DNA of 64,000 bases from an uncultured Actinomycetes bacterium (GCA_963742735.1 CAVUMN010000004.1:1280001-1344000); one strand, 5' to 3'; positions 11,092-23,012 are shown, numbered from the stretch's first letter. The notes: generated from the letters alone by a model not told the origin. A program made the numbers and translations.

Positions 11092-11742
11092 ATGAAGACC
11101 TTCACTCCCAAGCCGGACCACATCGAGCGTCGCTGGTACGTCGTCGACGCCGACGGCGCCGTGCTCGGCCGTCTGGCCACGCACGTGGCGTCGGTCCTGA
11201 AGGGCAAGCACAAGCCCATCTACGCCCCGCACGTCGACACCGGTGACCACGTGATCGTCGTCAACGCCGCGAAGGTGCGGCTGACCGGCGCCAAGCTCGA
11301 GGACAAGATGTGGCACCGCCACTCGGGCTACCCCGGCGGTCTCACCTCGGTCCCCTACGACCGCCTCATGTCCACCCGGCCCGACCGCGCGGTCGAGAAG
11401 GCGATCAAGGGGATGCTCCCGAAGACCCGGCTCGGCCGCTCCATGGGCCGCAAGCTGATCGTGTACTCGGGCGCCGAGCACCGTCAGTCGGCGCAGCGGC
11501 CCGAGACGCTGCCCGTCGGGGAGATCCCGAAGTGGACGGGGCTGCCCGCGCCCAAGCCCACGCCGGAGCCCACGCCGAAGGCCGAGCGACCCAGGGGCCG
11601 GACCACCAAGGCCGCGCCCGCCAAACGGGCCGGGAAGGCTCCCGCGAAGCGCGCGGTGCGCAAGCCGGCCGCCAAGCGAGCGGCCGCGAAGGCCTCGCCC
11701 AAGAAGGCCGCCGCCAAGCGCGCGGCCAAGAAGGAGTCGTAA
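11092..11742 (+). CDS. rplM: 50S ribosomal protein L13 with long Lys/Ala/Pro-rich C-terminal extension
   Basis: WYVVDA..LGRLA..GKHKPIYAPHVDTGD..HSGYPGG..GMLPK; about 70 extra residues. Confidence 0.96.
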   Translation: MKTFTPKPDHIERRWYVVDADGAVLGRLATHVASVLKGKHKPIYAPHVDTGDHVIVVNAAKVRLTGAKLEDKMWHRHSGYPGGLTSVPYDRLMSTRPDRAVEKAIKGMLPKTRLGRSMGRKLIVYSGAEHRQSAQRPETLPVGEIPKWTGLPAPKPTPEPTPKAERPRGRTTKAAPAKRAGKAPAKRAVRKPAAKRAAAKASPKKAAAKRAAKKES

Positions 11743-12138
11743 GTGGCTGCCACGGACGTCAACCTCGGAACCGGCCGGCGCAAGGAGGCCGTCGCACGCG
11801 TGCGGCTGAGCCCCGGCACCGGCGTCTTCACCCTCAACGGGCGTCCGCTGGAGGAGTACTTCACCTCACGGGCCCAGCGCATGGTGGTCACCGCGCCCCT
11901 GCGCGCCATCCAGCGCGAGAAAGACTTCGACGTCGTCGCCCGGATTCACGGTGGTGGCACCACCGGACAGGCCGGTGCGCTTCGCCACGGGCTCGCCCGC
12001 GCGCTGATCGACCTCGATCCCTCGCTGCGGGCCGCGCTCAAGGCCGAGGGCTTCCTGACCCGCGACGCGCGGGAGAAGGAGCGCCGCAAGTACGGGCTGA
12101 AGAAGGCCCGCAAGGCGCCGCAGTACTCCAAGCGCTAG
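11743..12138 (+). CDS. rpsI: 30S ribosomal protein S9
   Basis: [47 protein letters not shown]. Confidence 0.98.
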   Translation: MAATDVNLGTGRRKEAVARVRLSPGTGVFTLNGRPLEEYFTSRAQRMVVTAPLRAIQREKDFDVVARIHGGGTTGQAGALRHGLARALIDLDPSLRAALKAEGFLTRDAREKERRKYGLKKARKAPQYSKR

Positions 12139-12142
12139 CCGG

Positions 12143-12412
12143 TTACTCCTCCGGGAGGCTGAGCCCTCCGTCGAGGGCATCCGCGAGCACGAGCTGGGCC
12201 TGGACCTCCATCGCCCTCGGCACGTACAGATAGATCGGCGTGTACGCCATGCGGTACGGACCCTCGCTCTCGCCCTTCACGAAGACGGGGATGTCCTCCG
12301 CCTCGAGGCGCGCCCTGAGGCCGTAGGCCTCCATCGACGAGGAGGCCACGTGAACCAGGGCAAGCTCGGTGGAGCCGGAGGGGACGTGCTCGGGAGCGGA
12401 GGGTTGGGACAC
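12143..12412 (-). CDS. Small DUF2007-like (putative signal-transducing) protein
   Basis: LVHVASSSMEAYGLRARLEAEDIPVFVKGE..IYLYVP resembles DUF2007; fills the rpsI-glmM gap; start uncertain. Confidence 0.65.
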   Translation of the reverse strand: MSQPSAPEHVPSGSTELALVHVASSSMEAYGLRARLEAEDIPVFVKGESEGPYRMAYTPIYLYVPRAMEVQAQLVLADALDGGLSLPEE

Positions 12413-12439
12413 GAGGTCGTCAACTACGATACCCCGTCT

Positions 12440-13768
12440 ATGCCCCGCCTCTTCGGGACCGACGGCGTGCGAGGGGTGGCCGGCCGCGACCTCACCGACG
12501 AGCTTGCACGGAGCCTCGGCTGGGCCGCGGTGGCCGCCCTGAACGAGCACGGGACCGCGCACCCCCGCGTGTTGATCGGCCGTGACACGCGCGCGTCGGG
12601 GGAGGGGCTCGAGCGAGCCCTCGCCCAGGGGATCGGCTCGGCCGGCGGCGACGTGGTCCTGCTCGGCGTCGCGCCCACCCCCGCGGTGGCCCATCTGGTC
12701 GTGGCCGACGCCGCCGACGCGGGCGCGGTCATCTCCGCCTCGCACAACCCCGCCGAGTACAACGGCATCAAGCTCTTCTCGCGCGAGGGCTACAAGCTCC
12801 CCGACGCGATCGAGGACGAGATCGAGCGCCTGGTCCAGGCGGGACCGGCTCCGGCGCCCAACGGCGGGGAGCACGTTCAGGCCGACCCCGGCGCCGCGGA
12901 CCGGTACGTGGAGTTCGTGACCGCGTCGGCGGGCACGATCGCGGGGCTGCGGGTGGTCGTCGACGCGGCGAACGGGGCCGCGTCCACGGTCGGGCCGGAG
13001 GCCCTGCGCCGGCTGGGGGCCGAGGTCATTCCCATCCACGACCGTCCCGACGGAGCGAACATCAACGACGGATGCGGCGCGACCCATCCCGAGACGGTGG
13101 CGCGGGCGGTCGTGGAGCATCGCGCCGACGCGGGCGTCGCCTTCGACGGCGACGCGGACCGTGCCCTGTTCGCGGACGCCGACGGGAACGTGATCAACGG
13201 CGACCACGTGCTCGCCGCCGCCGCGCTCTGGCTCCGCGACGAGGGCCGGCTGAAGGGCGACACGGTCGTCACCACGGTGATGGCCAACCTGGGGTTCCGG
13301 CGGGCGATGGATGCCGCCGGGATCCGGGTGCTGGAGACGAAGGTGGGGGACCGCTACGTGCTGGAGCGGATGCTCGAGGCCGACGCGGTGCTCGGCGGCG
13401 AGCAGTCCGGACACGTGATCTTCCTGGACGACGCGACCACGGGCGACGGGGTCCTGACCGCGGCGAAGTTCCTCTCGATCGCGGTGGCTCGCGGTCAGAC
13501 CGTCGCCGGGCTCGCGAAGGCGATGCGTGCCTATCCGCAGGTCCTGGTGAACGTGGAGGTCCCGGCGCCCGGCGAGCTCGAGGGCGCCGAGGCCGTGTGG
13601 ACGGCCGTCCGCGAGGCGGAGGCCGCCCTCGGGAGCTCGGGGCGCATCCTGGTGCGCGCATCGGGCACGGAGCCCCTCGTCCGCGTGATGGTCGAGGCCG
13701 AGACCGAGGAGGCGTCGCGTACGCACGCCGAGCGCCTGGCCGCCGCCGTCCGCGAGACCCTGGCCTAG
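12440..13768 (+). CDS. glmM: Phosphoglucosamine mutase
   Basis: LFGTDGVRG, ISASHNP, DGDADR, GGEQSGH, RASGTEP. Confidence 0.96.
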   Translation: MPRLFGTDGVRGVAGRDLTDELARSLGWAAVAALNEHGTAHPRVLIGRDTRASGEGLERALAQGIGSAGGDVVLLGVAPTPAVAHLVVADAADAGAVISASHNPAEYNGIKLFSREGYKLPDAIEDEIERLVQAGPAPAPNGGEHVQADPGAADRYVEFVTASAGTIAGLRVVVDAANGAASTVGPEALRRLGAEVIPIHDRPDGANINDGCGATHPETVARAVVEHRADAGVAFDGDADRALFADADGNVINGDHVLAAAALWLRDEGRLKGDTVVTTVMANLGFRRAMDAAGIRVLETKVGDRYVLERMLEADAVLGGEQSGHVIFLDDATTGDGVLTAAKFLSIAVARGQTVAGLAKAMRAYPQVLVNVEVPAPGELEGAEAVWTAVREAEAALGSSGRILVRASGTEPLVRVMVEAETEEASRTHAERLAAAVRETLA

Positions 13769-13816
13769 CTCGCATCCGGGGTCCCTCGGGCCCCGCGCGG
13801 TAGCATTGACCTTCTC

Positions 13817-15652
<1,836 letters not shown>

Positions 15653-15656
15653 CCCC

Positions 15657-16031
15657 ATGCGGATCCTGGGGGTCGGGATCGACGTGGTGGACGTGGAACG
15701 GATGCGGCGGATCCTGGAGCGCCACCCGCGCTTCGCCGCCAGGCACTTCGCGACGCGGGAGATCGCGTACTGCGACGGCCGCGGCGACCGGGCCGCGTGC
15801 TACGCCGCCCGATGGGCGGCCAAGGAGGCGTTCGCCAAGTCCCTGGGCGGGGTGCCCCACGGACGGTGGCGCCAGGTCGCCGTGGTCCGCGCGCAGGACG
15901 GGAGTCTCAGCCTGCAGGTCGAAGGTTCGGCGAAGGAGCGGATGACGGAGGTGGGCGCCACGGAGCTGCACGTGTCGATCGCGCACGAGCGGGCCGTCGC
16001 CGTCGCGACCTGCGTGGCGGTGGGCGCGTGA
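15657..16031 (+). CDS. acpS: Holo-[acyl-carrier-protein] synthase
   Basis: GVGIDVV, AARWAAKEAFAK, HVSIAH. Confidence 0.93.
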   Translation: MRILGVGIDVVDVERMRRILERHPRFAARHFATREIAYCDGRGDRAACYAARWAAKEAFAKSLGGVPHGRWRQVAVVRAQDGSLSLQVEGSAKERMTEVGATELHVSIAHERAVAVATCVAVGA

Positions 16032-17554
16032 TCCCCGTCCTCACCTCCTCGGAGACCCGCGAGATCGACCGGCAGTCCGAGTCCCGCGGCGTGCCGGTGC
16101 TGGACCTCATGGAGCGCGCCGGATGGGCGGTGGCCCGAGCCGCCCGGTCCGTGACGAGCGGGGGGTACGGCCGCCGGGCGCTGGTGGTCGCCGGCAAGGG
16201 CAACAACGGTGGCGACGGGCTGGTGGCCGCCCGCCACCTGGCCGCGCGGGGCATGGGGGTCACGGTGCTCCTCGTCGCGGCGCCGTCGGACCTCTCGGGT
16301 CCGGCCGCGGAGAACCTTCGCCGGCTCGAGGACGTTCGCGTCGCCGAGGCCACGCCCGAGCGGTTGGCGCGCGAGGCTCGCCGGGCGGACGTGGTGGTGG
16401 ACGCGCTGTTCGGCACCGGCTTTCGAGGGGCCCCGGACGGCCTCGCCGCCGCGGCGATCGAGGCGATGAACGGATCGGGCGCGGCGGTCGTCGCGGCCGA
16501 CATCCCCTCCGGCGTGAACGCGGACACCGCCGCCGTCCCCGGCGCGGCCGTGTGGGCCGACGTGACCGTGACGTTCGGCGCCCCCAAGGTCGGCCTGGTG
16601 CTGTACCCCGGCGCCGAGCACGCCGGAATCCTGGAGGTCGCCGACATCGGTTTCCCCGCGGACCTCCTTCGATCAGACCTGGTGCTGGTTCAGGCCGGCG
16701 ATGTGCGCCGGATGCTGCCGGTGCGGAAGCCCGACACCCACAAGCGGCGCACGGGCGTCGTGGCGATCGTGGCGGGCTCGCGGGACATGCCGGGAGCGGC
16801 GTCGCTCGTGGCGTCGGGCGCGGCGGCGCTCGGCGCGGGGCTCATCCGCCTGGCGGTGGTGCCGAGCGTTCGCGGAGCCGCCGCCGCCCTGCATCCCGAG
16901 GCGACGTTCCTCCCGCTCCCGGAGTCCGCCGACGGGATCCTGGCCTCGGGCGCGTGGGACGCGCTGGGCCCGGAGCTCGACCGGGTGCAGGCCGTGGCCA
17001 TCGGACCGGGACTCACCTCGGGGGAGGAGGCCGCCGCGGAGATCCGGCGGATCGTCCTGGGCTCGCCGGTACCGGTCGTCGCCGACGCGGACGCCCTCAA
17101 CGCCTTCGCGGGCCGCGCGGCCGAGCTCGCCGAACGCGCGGGCGAGCTGGTCATCACGCCCCACGAGGGCGAGTTCGAGCGGCTGTTCGGGGCCTCCCGC
17201 GCCGCGCTCGCCGACGACCGCGTGGGCCTGGTGCGCAAGGCGGCGGAGACGGCCGGGTGCACCGTCGTGCTGAAGAGCAGTCGTTCGCTGATCGCCGATC
17301 CGGGCGGCGAGGTGCGCGTGAACCCCACCGGCACCGCCTTCCTTGCCACGGGCGGAACGGGCGACCTCCTGACCGGGGCCGTCGCCACGTTGCTGGCCCG
17401 CGGCCTCTCCGGCCTGGACGCCGCCACGGCCGCCGCCTACGTGCACGGTCTGGCAGGGCGCCGGGCCGGCGAGGACCTTGGGGAGGGCGCGACGTCCGCC
17501 GACATCGCCGCGCGCCTTGCCGAGTCGGCCGCCTCGGTCCGGGAGACCGAGTGA
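16028..17554 (+). CDS. nnr: Bifunctional NAD(P)H-hydrate epimerase/dehydratase
   Basis: LMERAG, GKGNNGGDG, DALFGTG, DIPSG, ADADALN, TPHEGE, LATGGTGD. Confidence 0.93.
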   Translation: MIPVLTSSETREIDRQSESRGVPVLDLMERAGWAVARAARSVTSGGYGRRALVVAGKGNNGGDGLVAARHLAARGMGVTVLLVAAPSDLSGPAAENLRRLEDVRVAEATPERLAREARRADVVVDALFGTGFRGAPDGLAAAAIEAMNGSGAAVVAADIPSGVNADTAAVPGAAVWADVTVTFGAPKVGLVLYPGAEHAGILEVADIGFPADLLRSDLVLVQAGDVRRMLPVRKPDTHKRRTGVVAIVAGSRDMPGAASLVASGAAALGAGLIRLAVVPSVRGAAAALHPEATFLPLPESADGILASGAWDALGPELDRVQAVAIGPGLTSGEEAAAEIRRIVLGSPVPVVADADALNAFAGRAAELAERAGELVITPHEGEFERLFGASRAALADDRVGLVRKAAETAGCTVVLKSSRSLIADPGGEVRVNPTGTAFLATGGTGDLLTGAVATLLARGLSGLDAATAAAYVHGLAGRRAGEDLGEGATSADIAARLAESAASVRETE

Positions 17555-18663
17555 GCCGCCAGTTCCGCCCGACCACGGCCGAGGTCGACCTGGACGCGAT
17601 CCGCCACAACGTCCGGGCCCTGAAGCCCACGGGGGCCGAGCTGATGGCCGTGGTGAAGGCCAACGGGTACGGGCACGGGGACGTCCCGGTCGCCCGCGCC
17701 GCCCTGGACTCGGGCGCGACCTGGCTGGGGGTGGCGCTCGTCGAGGAGGGGCTGCGCCTGCGCGAGGCCGGGATCGACGCGCCGATCCTGGTGCTCAGCG
17801 AGTTCCCGCCCGGATCGGAGAAGGACGCGCTCGCCGGGAGCCTGACCCCGTCCCTGTACACCGACGGCGGGCTCGCCGCGCTGGCCGACGCGGCCGCCAG
17901 CGCGGGCCGGCCCGTGGGGGTCCACGTCAAGGTCGACACCGGCATGCGCCGGGTGGGCCACGCCGCCGACGGTCTCGCCGGGTTCGTCCGGGCGGCGGTG
18001 GATGCGGGGCTGAGCTTCGAGGCCCTCTGGAGCCACCTGGCGGTGTCCGAGGAGCCGGCGCATCCGTCGGTGGCGGCGCAGCTCGAGCGGTTCGCCGCGG
18101 CGACCGCGGCGCTGTCCGAGGAGGGCCTCGTTCCGCGCCTCCGTCACCTCGCGAACACGGGGGCGATCCTCGGGTCGCCCTCGGCGCACCTGGACCTGGT
18201 TCGGGCGGGGATCGGGCTCTACGGCTACGCGCCCGGTCCCGCGGTCGCGGGCGGAGCGGAGCTTCGCCCGGCCCTGCGCTGGACCGCCGCGGTCTCGATG
18301 GTCAAGCGCGTGCCGGCCGGCGAGGCGGTTTCCTACGGGCACCGCTACGCGCCGGAGCGCGACACGACGATCGCCACGGTCGGCGTCGGGTACGCCGACG
18401 GGTACGCCCGCCGGCTGACGAACGTCGGGGAGGTGCTGATCCGGGGCCGGCGCCACCGGGTGGCCGGGACCGTGACCATGGACCAGATCCTGGTGGACGT
18501 CGGCGACGAACCCGTGGAGCCCGGCGACGAGGTCGTCCTGATCGGCCGCCAGGGCGACGAGGCGATGACGGCCGACGAGCTCGCCGAGACGCTGGGCACG
18601 ATCAGCTACGAGATCGTCTGCGCCGTCGGCGAGCGCGTCCCTCGCCGGTACGTGGGCGCCTGA
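17551..18663 (+). CDS. alr: Alanine racemase
   Basis: AVVKANGYGHG (PLP lysine), HVKVDTGMRR, GYADG, GTVTMDQ, GTISYE. Confidence 0.96.
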   Translation: MSRQFRPTTAEVDLDAIRHNVRALKPTGAELMAVVKANGYGHGDVPVARAALDSGATWLGVALVEEGLRLREAGIDAPILVLSEFPPGSEKDALAGSLTPSLYTDGGLAALADAAASAGRPVGVHVKVDTGMRRVGHAADGLAGFVRAAVDAGLSFEALWSHLAVSEEPAHPSVAAQLERFAAATAALSEEGLVPRLRHLANTGAILGSPSAHLDLVRAGIGLYGYAPGPAVAGGAELRPALRWTAAVSMVKRVPAGEAVSYGHRYAPERDTTIATVGVGYADGYARRLTNVGEVLIRGRRHRVAGTVTMDQILVDVGDEPVEPGDEVVLIGRQGDEAMTADELAETLGTISYEIVCAVGERVPRRYVGA

Positions 18664-19760
18664 TGGCCGAGCCCGAGGCTGCCTCCACGACCACCAGCCG
18701 CCGCAAGGGCGTGCTGTGGGCCGCGGGGATCATCGCGGGCGTCGGCGCGGGCATCGTCGCCGAGCGCGTCCTGATGCGCCGCGAGCTCGGCCGGCCCGAT
18801 CCCGAGCGGGACGAGGCGTTCGGGACGCTCCCGGGCGAGCGCGTGCCGGTGACGGCGTTCGACGGCACCGAGCTCCACTGCCGCGTGGTCGGGCCCGAGG
18901 GAGCGCCCACGATCGTGTTCGCCCACGGGGTCACCCTGAACATGACGCTCTGGTACTACCAGTGGCGCGCGTTCAGCGATCGCTACCGGTGTGTCCTGTA
19001 CGACCAGCGCGGGCACGGAGGGAGCGGCAAGGCCCCGAAGGGCGACTACTCGGTGGAGGCCCTCGCCCATGACCTCCGCTCGGTGCTCGACACGACCACG
19101 CCGAAGGGGCCGGCGGTGCTCGTCGGGCACAGCATGGGCGGCATGTCGATGATCTCCCTGGCCGATCGCCATCCCGAGGAGTACGGCGGACGGGTGGTGG
19201 GCGCGGTCCTCGTCGACACGACCGCGTCCGACCTCGTGCGGGAGGCCGCCGGGTCGATCGGCGCCCGGGTCGAACGGGTCCTGCGGCCGGCCCATCGGTG
19301 GTTCATCTCCGACCTCGATCGGGTCGAGCGGGTGCGCCGCCGGGTCGAGGCCACCGGCACCGACTTCGCCTATCTCGCGACGCGCGTGACCAACTTCGGC
19401 CCGAACGCCTCCCCCGCGCAGGTCGAGCACGTGACCCGGGTCGCCATGGCCGTCCCTCCGGAGATCTGGGCGCACTCGATCCGCAGCCTCATGGAGATGG
19501 ACCTGCGCCACGCGGTCGAGCGCGTCTCGGTGCCGGCTCTCGTGATCGTGGGGGATCGCGACCGGCTGACCCCCAAGACCAGCGCGGAGGCCCTGCTGAA
19601 GGCGTTGCCGAATGCCCGCGGGATCCTGCTCACCGGCGCGGGGCACATCGCGATGATGGAGCGGCACGCGGCGTTCAACCGCGCCGTGGAGGGGTTCCTG
19701 GCCGAGGTCCTTCCTCTCAAGGCGCCCCGGCGCGCGCGGCGAAAGGCCGCGGCCGGATGA
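18663..19760 (+). CDS. Alpha/beta hydrolase with N-terminal membrane anchor
   Basis: FAHG, YDQRGHG, VGHSMGG nucleophile elbow, GDRD, AGH; usual position after alr in actinobacteria. Confidence 0.88.
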   Translation: MAEPEAASTTTSRRKGVLWAAGIIAGVGAGIVAERVLMRRELGRPDPERDEAFGTLPGERVPVTAFDGTELHCRVVGPEGAPTIVFAHGVTLNMTLWYYQWRAFSDRYRCVLYDQRGHGGSGKAPKGDYSVEALAHDLRSVLDTTTPKGPAVLVGHSMGGMSMISLADRHPEEYGGRVVGAVLVDTTASDLVREAAGSIGARVERVLRPAHRWFISDLDRVERVRRRVEATGTDFAYLATRVTNFGPNASPAQVEHVTRVAMAVPPEIWAHSIRSLMEMDLRHAVERVSVPALVIVGDRDRLTPKTSAEALLKALPNARGILLTGAGHIAMMERHAAFNRAVEGFLAEVLPLKAPRRARRKAAAG

Positions 19761-20713
19761 TCACCCACGTCGAGGGGATCCGGGTCGGCCACGCCACGGA
19801 CCTGCAGGCGGTAACCGGGTGCACCGTGGTCCTCCCGCCGCCGGGAACGATGGGCTCGGGGTCGGTCCGCGGCGGCGCTCCCGGGACCCGGGAGACCGAC
19901 CTCCTGCGCCCGGGGACCCTCGTCCAGGAGGTGCACGCGGTCGTGCTGGCCGGGGGGAGCGTGTTCGGGCTGTCGGCGGCCGACGGCGTCGTCCGGTGGC
20001 TGGAGGAACGAGGGATCGGCTTCGACGCGGGCGTCGCCCGGGTTCCGATCGTGCCGGCCGCGATCCTGTTCGACCTCACCGTCGGCGACCCGGCGGGACG
20101 CCCCGGTCCGGACGACGGCTACGCCGCGTGCGAGGCCGCCGGCGGGGACGTGGAGGAGGGCAGCGTCGGGGCCGGGACCGGCGCGACGGTGGCCAAGGGT
20201 GCCGGCGCCGAACGGGCGCGCAAGGGTGGCGTCGGGACGGCCTCCATGGTGGAGGACGGCGTGACCGTCGGCGCGCTGGCGGTGGTGAACGCGCTGGGCG
20301 AGATCGTGGAGGACGACGGGACCGTGATCGCGGCGCCGCGGGCAGCGCCGGGGGAGGGGATCCAGGGCAGCCTGCCCATCTCGGCGCCCGTGGACCCGCC
20401 CGGAGGCAGGCCCCCGGACCCCGGGATGAACACCACGCTGGTCGTCGTGGCCACCGACGCCGTCCTGAGCAAGGAGCGCGCGTACCTGGTGTCGCTGGCC
20501 GGTCACGAGGGGCTGACCCGCGCGATCCGCCCCGCCCACACCCTGTGGGACGGCGACACCGTGTTCTCACTGGCCACCGGCACCGTCGAGGCTCCCCAGC
20601 CCCTGGTCGAGCGGCTGGCGTCCGACGCGGTCGCGGAGGCCATCCGCCGGGCCGTCCGTCTCGCCACCCCGCTCGGCGGCGTACCCTCTCTGTCCGGGGA
20701 GGGATCGGGCTGA
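19757..20713 (+). CDS. P1 (DmpA-like, S58) family peptidase
   Basis: GIRVGH, RGGAPGTRETDLL, LAGGS.FGL, NTTLVVVATDA, HTLWDGDTVF. Confidence 0.88.
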   Translation: MITHVEGIRVGHATDLQAVTGCTVVLPPPGTMGSGSVRGGAPGTRETDLLRPGTLVQEVHAVVLAGGSVFGLSAADGVVRWLEERGIGFDAGVARVPIVPAAILFDLTVGDPAGRPGPDDGYAACEAAGGDVEEGSVGAGTGATVAKGAGAERARKGGVGTASMVEDGVTVGALAVVNALGEIVEDDGTVIAAPRAAPGEGIQGSLPISAPVDPPGGRPPDPGMNTTLVVVATDAVLSKERAYLVSLAGHEGLTRAIRPAHTLWDGDTVFSLATGTVEAPQPLVERLASDAVAEAIRRAVRLATPLGGVPSLSGEGSG

Positions 20714-21312
20714 CGGAGACGCTTCAGGAGCTCGAGCGGGACTGGTCGGCCTGCACGCGGTGCCGGCTGTCCGAGGGACGCACCACGGTCGTGTTCGGCA
20801 CCGGAGACCCGCACGCCGACCTGATGTTCATCGGCGAGGGGCCGGGGTTCAACGAGGACAAGCAGGGGATCCCGTTCGTGGGCCCCGCCGGCCAGCTGCT
20901 CAACACGCTGCTGTCGCAGATCGACATCGCCCGCGAGTCCGTCTACATCGCGAACGTCGTTCTGTGCCGGCCTCCCGGGAATCGGGACCCGCTGCCCGAC
21001 GAGATCGAGGCGTGCAAGCCCCGGCTGCTCGAGCAGGTGCGGTTGATCGACCCGCAGATCGTGGTGACCCTCGGGAACTTCGCGACGCGCATGATCCTCA
21101 ACCGCCAGATCGGCATCACCCGCGTGCGCGGCCAGCGCTTCATGTGGCAGGGCCGGACGGTCATCCCGACCTACCATCCGGCGGCGATCCTGCGCGGGGG
21201 CAGCGGCCGCCTGATGCAGGAGTCGCAGGAGGACTTCCGCACGATCCGCGGCCTGCTCGAGGACGCCCGCGTCACCGCCCCGGTCGTCGAGGAACAGCTG
21301 GGGCTGTTCTGA
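20710..21312 (+). CDS. Uracil-DNA glycosylase family 4 (Fe-S); probable CTG start
   Basis: [42 protein letters not shown]; CTG overlaps upstream TGA. Confidence 0.9.
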   Translation: MTETLQELERDWSACTRCRLSEGRTTVVFGTGDPHADLMFIGEGPGFNEDKQGIPFVGPAGQLLNTLLSQIDIARESVYIANVVLCRPPGNRDPLPDEIEACKPRLLEQVRLIDPQIVVTLGNFATRMILNRQIGITRVRGQRFMWQGRTVIPTYHPAAILRGGSGRLMQESQEDFRTIRGLLEDARVTAPVVEEQLGLF

Positions 21313-21800
21313 TGCGGTCCACGCTGAACGTCGTCGCCCCCACCGAGGACGACACCCGCGCGGTCGGCGCGGCGATCGCCGAGGCCCTCGGGCCCGGGGA
21401 CGTCGTCGCCCTGACCGGCGAGCTGGGCGCGGGGAAGACGACGTTCGTGCAGGGAGCCGCCCGGGCGCTCGGGGTGACCGATCCCGTCGCGAGCCCGACC
21501 TTCGTCCTGATGCGCCAGTACCGGGGCAACCTGCCGGTCGCCCACGTCGACGTGTACCGCCTCGACCGGATCCAGGAGGTCCTCGACCTCGGCTTCGAAG
21601 AGCTCCTGGACGAGGGCTGGGTGGTCTTCGTCGAATGGGGCGACGTGATCGACGCCCTGTTCGCGGGCGCGTACCTGGAGGTGGAGCTCACGGTTGGCCC
21701 CGGCGAAGCTCGGGGGGTTCGCGTCACCGGACACGGCCCGGTCTGGACCGGACGCTGGGAGCGCCTGGAGGGGCTCCTGGGAAAGTGGCAGGCCGCGTGA
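21312..21800 (+). CDS. tsaE: tRNA t6A biosynthesis ATPase TsaE
   Basis: GELGAGKTTF, VASPTF, HVDVYRL, VEWG. Confidence 0.95.
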   Translation: MRSTLNVVAPTEDDTRAVGAAIAEALGPGDVVALTGELGAGKTTFVQGAARALGVTDPVASPTFVLMRQYRGNLPVAHVDVYRLDRIQEVLDLGFEELLDEGWVVFVEWGDVIDALFAGAYLEVELTVGPGEARGVRVTGHGPVWTGRWERLEGLLGKWQAA

Positions 21801-22501
21801 TCGTCCTGGGGATCGAGACGTCCACCCCGCAGTCGTCCGTGGCGATCGGCAGCGAGCAGGGGATCCTGGCCGCGTCCCGGGTCGCCCGCACCCACGGGGG
21901 CGACGAGGTGGTGGCGCCCGCGATCCGTCACCTGCTCGACCTGGCCGGCGTGGAGCCCTCCCGGCTGGGCGGGGTGGCCGTCGGGCTGGGGCCCGGCCTG
22001 TTCACCGGCATGCGGGTCGGCATCGCCACCGGCCGCGGGCTGGCGCAGGTCCTGGGGATCCCCATCGTCGGCATGACCTCGCTCGACGTGCTCGCCTTCG
22101 GGGTCCGCTACACCCGCCGGCTGATCTGCGCCGTGGTGGACGCGCGCCGGGGCGAGGTGTTCTACGGGTTCTACCGGCCCATGCACGGCGGGGTGGCCCG
22201 GGAGGGGACCTATCAGGTGGGAACCGCGGAGCGTCTCCTCGGCGAGATCGAGGCGCGCCCGGAAGAGGTGCTGCTCGTTGGAAACGGCGCCCTGATGTAC
22301 CGTCGCGTGCTCGAGGAGCTGGGCAGCCAGGTCGAGTTCGTCTCGGCCGGACACGCCTTCCCCGACGCCGCGGCGCTCGTGGAGCTCGCCGTCCCGCGGT
22401 TCGTCCGGGAGGAGGCCGACCGGCCCGCGGACATCGTGCCCTACTACGTGAGGAAGTCGGATGCGGAGATCGCCTGGGACCGACGCGCCCGGTCCGCCTG
22501 A
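21797..22501 (+). CDS. tsaB: tRNA t6A biosynthesis protein TsaB
   Basis: LGIETST, GPGLFTGMRVG, DARRGEV, PYYVR. Confidence 0.94.
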   Translation: MIVLGIETSTPQSSVAIGSEQGILAASRVARTHGGDEVVAPAIRHLLDLAGVEPSRLGGVAVGLGPGLFTGMRVGIATGRGLAQVLGIPIVGMTSLDVLAFGVRYTRRLICAVVDARRGEVFYGFYRPMHGGVAREGTYQVGTAERLLGEIEARPEEVLLVGNGALMYRRVLEELGSQVEFVSAGHAFPDAAALVELAVPRFVREEADRPADIVPYYVRKSDAEIAWDRRARSA

Positions 22502-22517
22502 GCTCGAGATCGGCTTC

Positions 22518-23012
22518 ATGCGCCGGCGCCACCTCAAGGGCGTCCTGGCGATCGAGCGCCAGGTCTATCCGCGGCCGTGGAGCCCCACGCTGTTCATCTC
22601 CGAGATGAGCGAGCCCCGCAACCGCGTCTACCTGGTCGCCCGCCTCGGCCGCGACGTCGCGGGCTACGCCGGGCTCATGTCCTACGGGGACGAGGCGCAC
22701 GTGACGACGATCGCCGTCGATCCCGTGCACCACCGGCGCAAGATCGCCACGCGGTTGATGCTCGACCTGATCAAGCGGGCCCGGGAGATGGGCGCCAAGG
22801 CGATCTCCCTGGAGGTCCGGGTCTCCAACTGGGGCGCGCAGCGGCTGTACGGCCGGTTCGGGTTCCGGCCGGTCGGCGTCCGCAAGGGCTACTACCAGGA
22901 GACGAACGAGGACGCCCTCGTCATGTGGGCGGACGAGATCGACCAGCCCGAGTACGGGCGGCTCCTCGAGCGGATCGCGGCGGCCGCCACCCCCGAGGTC
23001 TCGGCCCCGTGA
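22518..23012 (+). CDS. rimI: Ribosomal-protein-alanine N-acetyltransferase RimI
   Basis: AIERQVYPRPWS, HVTTIAV, LEVRVSN..AQRLY..FGF..RKGYY; start could lie slightly upstream. Confidence 0.9.
   Translation: MRRRHLKGVLAIERQVYPRPWSPTLFISEMSEPRNRVYLVARLGRDVAGYAGLMSYGDEAHVTTIAVDPVHHRRKIATRLMLDLIKRAREMGAKAISLEVRVSNWGAQRLYGRFGFRPVGVRKGYYQETNEDALVMWADEIDQPEYGRLLERIAAAATPEVSAP

Noticed and set aside
13769-13816. glmS ribozyme
   Set aside because: The gap is only 48 nt, with one GC hairpin and a -10-like TAGCAT; too short.
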